A stretch of DNA of 64,000 nucleotides, taken from assembly GCA_034189315.1 (NCBI GenBank), contig JAXHVC010000224.1, positions 281-64,280 on the forward strand. Direction: 5' to 3'. Position numbers and translations under genes: made by a program. Below the pieces are notes generated by a model, which was not told the DNA's origin, made no database searches, and worked only from the letters and a program-made list of their open reading frames with translations. This document shows, one piece after another, positions 58,936 through 64,000 of the stretch. This DNA is from Chloroflexota bacterium. GTDB taxonomy: Bacteria > Chloroflexota > Dehalococcoidia > UBA2247 > JAXHVC01. Position 1 is the first letter of the stretch; the number at the start of each line of letters is the position of its first letter.

Positions 58936-61101
58936 TTATCTCGACATTCCACCATGATGCAGCTGATCTGCTAGTGAAGATGGAACCTGTTCATACTCAT
59001 AAAATTCCATTGAATAGGTTGCTCGACCCTGACTCAAAGACCTTACGCTAGTCGCATACCCGAACACCTCTCCAAGAGGCACATAACTAGTTACAACCCA
59101 ATACCCATTTTGAGGATCTGTGCTTTCGATACGAGCTCGGCGCATTTTTAAATCGCCCAGTATATCGCCTAAGAACTCTTCAGGAGTAATAACATCTAGC
59201 CTCATAATGGGCTCAAGCATTACCGGGCCTGCTTTACGCATGCCTTCCTTAACTGCAATAGAACCAGCCATCCGGAATGCGACTTCTGAAGAATCGACTT
59301 GATGGTAACTTCCATCATATACCGAAACCTTTATATCCACAACAGGATATCCCCCCAAAACACCTGTGTCTAGAGCTTCTCTTATCCCGGACTCTACAGC
59401 CGGGATAAATGCCTTAGGAATTGCCCCTTCTTTAATACGATCTACAAACTGAAATCCGCTCCCCTTCTCTCCTGGTTCTAATTCCAACCAAACATGACCA
59501 TATTGTCCTCGTCCACCATATTGCTTGATGAACCTACCTTCAGACTTAACACGTTGAGTAATTGCTTCCTTGTACGCTACTTGTGGCTTACCCAGCTTGG
59601 CTTCTACTTTAAAATCGCGTTTAAGCCGCTCCGTCAACACATCAATATGTAATTCACCCATCCCCGAGATTATTGTCTGCCCTGTTTCTGTATCATAGCG
59701 TACCTTAAAGGTCGGATCCTCCTCAGCTAACTTCGTCAGAGCATCTGTTATCTTATCCTGATCCGCCTTAGTCCTCGGTTCAATGGCAGCTGAAATAACA
59801 GTTTGAGGAAACTTAATAGCTTCCAGCAGTATCTGATGTGCAGGATCACACAATGTATCCCCTGTATAAGAGTTCTTTAAGCCAAGCGCTGCTACAATAC
59901 CACCCGCATTAACTTCGGTAATCTCCTCACGACGATTGGCATGCATCAAAAGGAGCCTACCCAATCTTTCTTTCTGTGTTTTGGTTGAATTGAAGACTCC
60001 CGCACCAGCTTTGGCATTTCCCGAATATACCCGCAGGTAAACCAACCTACCAACGAATACATCAGTTACCACTTTAAACACTAACGCAGAGAAAGGTTCT
60101 CTTGGATCTGTCAAGCGCGAAGCATTTTGGTTTGTCTTTGGATCGATCCCCTCAATCGGAGGCACATCCAAGGGAGATGGTAGGTAACGAATAATGGCAT
60201 CAATCAATTGCTGAACACCAATATTCCTTAGCGCACTCCCACACAACACGGGTACAACCTTTCGCGCAAGAGTTGCGCGACGCAGCGCACTAATAATCTC
60301 CAAAGGAGTAGGAACTCTATCTTCCAGATAGACTTCCATCAACTCTTCATCGTTTTCTGCTAGATTTTCAATCAAACTCTGCTGATACCGCTTGGCCTCA
60401 CCGACATATTCATCAGGTATTTCAGATACGATCGGCGGAGCACTTAAATCACCAGGGAATTCCAACGCCTTATTATCCACGAGATCTATAACACCTCTCA
60501 TGGTCTTGGCTTCTCCCCATGGACACTGAAGTATAACTGGTTTACAGCATAACCTACTTTCTATCATTGATACAGTACGATTCAAATCGGCCCCTGGTCT
60601 ATCCATCTTATTAACGAAGCATATCCGGGGCACATTGTATTTATCCGCTTGACGCCAAACTGTTTCAGATTGAGGTTCCACACCAGCCACCCCATCAAAC
60701 ACTACCACTCCCCCATCAAGCACTCTGAGACTACGTTCTACTTCAGCAGTAAAATCCACATGTCCTGGTGTATCTATCAAGTTCAGCCAATATCCATCCC
60801 ATGAGCAACGTGTAGCTGCTGCTGTGATGGTGATACCTCTCTCTTGTTCCAATTCCATCCAATCCATCACAGTGGTGCCATCATCCACCTCACCCACTCG
60901 ATGTGTACGGCCTGTCAGATAGAGAATTCTCTCCGTAACAGTAGTTTTTCCAGCGTCTATATGGGCAATAATCCCAATATTACGCAGAAGGTCTAGTCGA
61001 ACTGACTCAGACATAGAATCAACTTTCTGTGCCGCCTTTGCTGGCACAGAGCCATCGTGCACAGGGGCCGCCTTTATGTTTGTCGTAGAACCCATCACCA
61101 T
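58936..61101 (-). CDS. fusA: Elongation factor G
   Basis: ...RNIGIIAHIDAGKTT... GTPase plus domains II-V. The true start may be the internal Met near 61014, since the ORF overlaps the rpsG stop by 7 nt. Confidence 0.92.
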   Translation of the reverse strand: MVMGSTTNIKAAPVHDGSVPAKAAQKVDSMSESVRLDLLRNIGIIAHIDAGKTTVTERILYLTGRTHRVGEVDDGTTVMDWMELEQERGITITAAATRCSWDGYWLNLIDTPGHVDFTAEVERSLRVLDGGVVVFDGVAGVEPQSETVWRQADKYNVPRICFVNKMDRPGADLNRTVSMIESRLCCKPVILQCPWGEAKTMRGVIDLVDNKALEFPGDLSAPPIVSEIPDEYVGEAKRYQQSLIENLAENDEELMEVYLEDRVPTPLEIISALRRATLARKVVPVLCGSALRNIGVQQLIDAIIRYLPSPLDVPPIEGIDPKTNQNASRLTDPREPFSALVFKVVTDVFVGRLVYLRVYSGNAKAGAGVFNSTKTQKERLGRLLLMHANRREEITEVNAGGIVAALGLKNSYTGDTLCDPAHQILLEAIKFPQTVISAAIEPRTKADQDKITDALTKLAEEDPTFKVRYDTETGQTIISGMGELHIDVLTERLKRDFKVEAKLGKPQVAYKEAITQRVKSEGRFIKQYGGRGQYGHVWLELEPGEKGSGFQFVDRIKEGAIPKAFIPAVESGIREALDTGVLGGYPVVDIKVSVYDGSYHQVDSSEVAFRMAGSIAVKEGMRKAGPVMLEPIMRLDVITPEEFLGDILGDLKMRRARIESTDPQNGYWVVTSYVPLGEVFGYATSVRSLSQGRATYSMEFYEYEQVPSSLADQLHHGGMSR

Positions 61102-61571
61102 CTGAAATGAACAAAAGCACGATTTGCATGAGCCATTTTATGGAGCTCTTCACGCTTCTTGATAGCAGCTCCTTGACCCTGGGAAGCTTCAAGTATTTCA
61201 GCAGCTAGTCTATCAGCCATTGGCTTTCCTTCACGCCCTCTGGCAGAATTGATCATCCATTTAATAGCCAAAAACAAGCCTCGATCCCCTTTTACCTCCA
61301 CAGGAACCTGATATGTTGCGCCAGCCACACGCCTTGGTCTCACTTGTACTAATGGAGTTGCGTTGGTAACGGCTTGTTCAAATGTCTCTGCAGGATTACC
61401 CTTAGTTTGCTTCTCTACAATATCAAGTGCAGAGTATACAATATGTTCAGCTTTCCTTTTGTTACCAGACTGCATCAACCTATTAATAAGGATGGCTATC
61501 ATTCTACTATCATATTTAGCATCCGGCGCCGCAGTCCTCTTCGCAACCTTTCCACGTCTTGGCATATCCAT
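61095..61571 (-). CDS. rpsG: 30S ribosomal protein S7
   Basis: (MD)MPRRGKVAKR... Confidence 0.95.
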   Translation of the reverse strand: MDMPRRGKVAKRTAAPDAKYDSRMIAILINRLMQSGNKRKAEHIVYSALDIVEKQTKGNPAETFEQAVTNATPLVQVRPRRVAGATYQVPVEVKGDRGLFLAIKWMINSARGREGKPMADRLAAEILEASQGQGAAIKKREELHKMAHANRAFVHFRW

Positions 61572-61651
61572 CCCCTTTGGGCAAAAAATAAGAACTCAGG
61601 TCCCTACCCCTCATCACTAACAAACAGTAAGCCCCATCCTAAGGAAATAGT

Positions 61652-62077
61652 CTAGGCACCCGAGCCCTTGAGCCGTTTGGCTCCATATCTACTACGAGCT
61701 TGTTTTCGGTTTGTTACACCACCTGCATCAAGAGCACCTCGAATAATGTGATATCGTACTCCTGGCAAATCTTTTACCCTTCCTCCACGAATCAACACAA
61801 CAGAGTGTTCCTGGAGATTATGTGCTTCTCCCGGAATATATGCTGTTACTTCCATACCATTTGTTAAACGAACACGAGCAATTTTCCTTAAAGCAGAATT
61901 AGGCTTTTTGGGTGTCATGGTCTTGACCTGAATACAGACACCCCGCTTCTGAGGGGCTCCTGCACCCTGTGTCATTTTGTTCTTAAGAGCATTGTAACGA
62001 AAACTCAAGGCCGGAGCCTTGGATTTCCCCACCACCCTCTTTCGCCCTTTTCTGACCAACTGATTGATTGTAGGCAC
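61652..62077 (-). CDS. rpsL: 30S ribosomal protein S12
   Basis: [13 protein letters not shown]... Confidence 0.95.
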   Translation of the reverse strand: MPTINQLVRKGRKRVVGKSKAPALSFRYNALKNKMTQGAGAPQKRGVCIQVKTMTPKKPNSALRKIARVRLTNGMEVTAYIPGEAHNLQEHSVVLIRGGRVKDLPGVRYHIIRGALDAGGVTNRKQARSRYGAKRLKGSGA

Positions 62078-62344
62078 ATCTCCTCCTGAAACAAGGTCCT
62101 AATCTACCATCAATGTAGTCACGTGTCAAGAGCTACGACATCCCAAGTGCAACTACATTGAGCCCCATAGGAGTAAGATACCAAATCTCCTCCTACGTAA
62201 ACAGATTGATCAGAACTGTTCTAACTATTAAAGTATCTACTCAAGAGTCTTTTAGAATACAGCAAAACTAATTTTTTCAACCAAGTTAACTGAGAAGGAA
62301 GTGTCCTGATAGAAATCTTATGCATAACAGCATATGTGGACAAA

Positions 62345-64000
62345 TCAATCGTAATTCCCAAGAGATTTGCGTAGTTCAACAATACGATCCCTTAACAATG
62401 CAGCTTTTTCGAACTGCAATTCCTTGGCGGCTTTTTTCATCTCCGATTCAAGCTGCTTCACAACTCGAGCGATTTCAGCTTTTGGTATCTCTTCCTCAGC
62501 AAAATATGTAGCACGAGGCTCTGCCACCACCTTAACTCGCTGTGTGATATCCTTGATATCCTTTGTGATACCACGTGGTGTGATACCATGTTCCTGATTG
62601 TATTCTTGTTGTACTTTACGCCGACGAGACGTTTCCTCTATAGCTGCCTTCATCGACTTGGTGATAGAATCAGCATACATGACTACGTGGCCATCCACAT
62701 GTCGAGCAGCCCTGCCCATTGTTTGAATGATTGAATCTCTCGAGCGAAGATAACCTTCCTTGTCTGCATCTAGAATAGCTACCATACTAACCTCCGGCAG
62801 ATCCAATCCCTCTCTAAGCAGATTAATACCAACAATTACATCATAGGTCCCCAAACGAAGGTCACGTAGTATTTCGACACGCTGCAGGGTATCGATCTCA
62901 GAATGCAGATAATGGACGCTTATCCCCTCCTCCCTCATATATTCAGCAAGTTCCTCTGCCATTCTCTTGGTCAGAGTTGTCACCAGGCAGCGTTCTTTAC
63001 GATCCACTCTAGCCCTTATTCGTGAAAGCAGATCATCAATTTGCCCTTCCGTTTGACAAACCTCAACCACCGGCTCAACCAGTCCGGTAGGACGAATCAA
63101 CTGCTCAACTAATTGCTGGCAATGTTCATACTCATAAGGTCCAGGAGTAGCCGAAAAGTATATAGCCTGATGAACATTCTGTTCGAATTCATCGAAGTTC
63201 AATGGGCGGTTATCGAGGGCAGATGGAAGCCGGAATCCGAATTCTACAAGAGTTTCCTTCCTAGAACGGTCTCCATGATACATGCCACGAATCTGAGGTA
63301 GCGTCATATGAGATTCATCGACCAGGAGTAGAAAGTCATCTGGAAAGTAATCTATCAAAGTCCATGGGGTACTTCCCTTATGCCTACGAGCGAGATGCCG
63401 AGAGTAGTTTTCCACACCATTGCAATAACCAGCTTCCTGAAGCATATCAATATCATAGTTAGTACGGGCATCAAGTCTCGCAGCCTCCACTACACGACCT
63501 TGACTGCGAAGCTCATCAACACGATTCATTAGCTCAGACTTAATATCTTCGATAGCAGCTAGGAGTTTCTCCCTAGAGGTGACAAAATGCTTAGCAGGAT
63601 ATACTTCAACGGAGTCTCGCTCTGAAAGTATCTCACCAGTAAGCGTATCGATTTCCACAATCCTTTCAACTTCATCTCCCCACAGCTCAACACGCAGCGC
63701 TATTTCCTCATATGCTGGATAGATCTCTAGGGTATCACCACGAATACGGAATCTACCGCGCGCGAAGTCTAAGTCGTTCCGTTCATACTGCATGTCCACT
63801 AACTGACGAATTAACTTCCTGCGATTACATGTCTCACCCTTCTTTATCGATGCCACAAAGCTATAATACTCCTCTGGCGAACCCAATCCATATATGCAGG
63901 AAACTGAAGCAACCACCACCACATCCCTACGCTCTAAGAGGGCACGCGTTGCTGAATGACGTAGCTTATCAATCTCCTCATTAATATCCGTATCCTTTTC
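62345..64000 (-). CDS. uvrB: Excinuclease ABC subunit B (3' portion; the gene continues past the window edge)
   Basis: Helicase motifs (...[14 protein letters not shown]...) and the C-terminal UVR domain ([19 protein letters not shown]). The reading frame is open to position 64000. Confidence 0.9.
   Translation of the reverse strand, partial: EKDTDINEEIDKLRHSATRALLERRDVVVVASVSCIYGLGSPEEYYSFVASIKKGETCNRRKLIRQLVDMQYERNDLDFARGRFRIRGDTLEIYPAYEEIALRVELWGDEVERIVEIDTLTGEILSERDSVEVYPAKHFVTSREKLLAAIEDIKSELMNRVDELRSQGRVVEAARLDARTNYDIDMLQEAGYCNGVENYSRHLARRHKGSTPWTLIDYFPDDFLLLVDESHMTLPQIRGMYHGDRSRKETLVEFGFRLPSALDNRPLNFDEFEQNVHQAIYFSATPGPYEYEHCQQLVEQLIRPTGLVEPVVEVCQTEGQIDDLLSRIRARVDRKERCLVTTLTKRMAEELAEYMREEGISVHYLHSEIDTLQRVEILRDLRLGTYDVIVGINLLREGLDLPEVSMVAILDADKEGYLRSRDSIIQTMGRAARHVDGHVVMYADSITKSMKAAIEETSRRRKVQQEYNQEHGITPRGITKDIKDITQRVKVVAEPRATYFAEEEIPKAEIARVVKQLESEMKKAAKELQFEKAALLRDRIVELRKSLGNYD

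Noticed and set aside
62212-62222. Palindrome AGAACTGTTCT between uvrB and rpsL, considered as a LexA/Cheo SOS box for uvrB
   Set aside because: The half-site spacing is GAAC-N1-GTTC rather than GAAC-N4-GTTC. It lies downstream of the uvrB stop, not in its promoter.
1-64000. CRISPR arrays, rRNA genes, integrases, transposases
   Set aside because: No direct-repeat/spacer periodicity, no rRNA-like conserved blocks and no DDE/tyrosine-recombinase ORFs were found on either strand. The only repeats are the short inverted or duplicated elements reported above.

Overview
This 64-kb window is bacterial chromosome with roughly 45-48% GC. Codon usage is rich in AGA/AGG and ATA. The ribosomal genes are ordered as in Firmicutes/Chloroflexota, with a type-Z S14 and truA next to rplM-rpsI.

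The right half (41.9-62.1 kb, all minus strand) is the conserved ribosomal supercluster: rpsL-rpsG-fusA, then rpsJ through rplQ including secY, adk, map, infA, rpmJ and rpoA, then truA-rplM-rpsI. No tuf lies between fusA and rpsJ. A 3'-partial uvrB follows.

The left half contains, in order:
- a class-I aminotransferase, a PaaI-type thioesterase and a MiaB-like methylthiotransferase paralog;
- an AT-rich, gene-poor glycan-related segment (3.6-12 kb) with a Met/Asp/Glu-rich lipoprotein, a GT4 glycosyltransferase and a 1214-aa GT-A/GH130 fusion protein, flanked by a duplicated ~120-nt element and several inverted repeats;
- a trpEDCFBA operon with no trpG;
- a PrpD-family / carboxyltransferase / crotonase operon;
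- an operon of two glycyl-radical-activase-like radical SAM enzymes followed by two tiny Cys-rich ORFs, with no glycyl radical enzyme present;
- miaB, tRNA-Ser(GCU), a PfkB kinase, a crotonase, clpP, tig, dnaE and ogt;
- an unusual cluster of vWA protein, MoxR-like AAA+ ATPase and paralogous vWA protein (both vWA proteins carry a conserved HEALH...AGEDV zincin-like motif), followed by a MoaD/ThiS-like Gly-Gly protein and a 178-aa unknown.

No CRISPR array, rRNA or intact IS element was seen. The candidates for an undescribed system are the radical SAM/Cys-peptide operon and the vWA-MoxR-vWA cluster.
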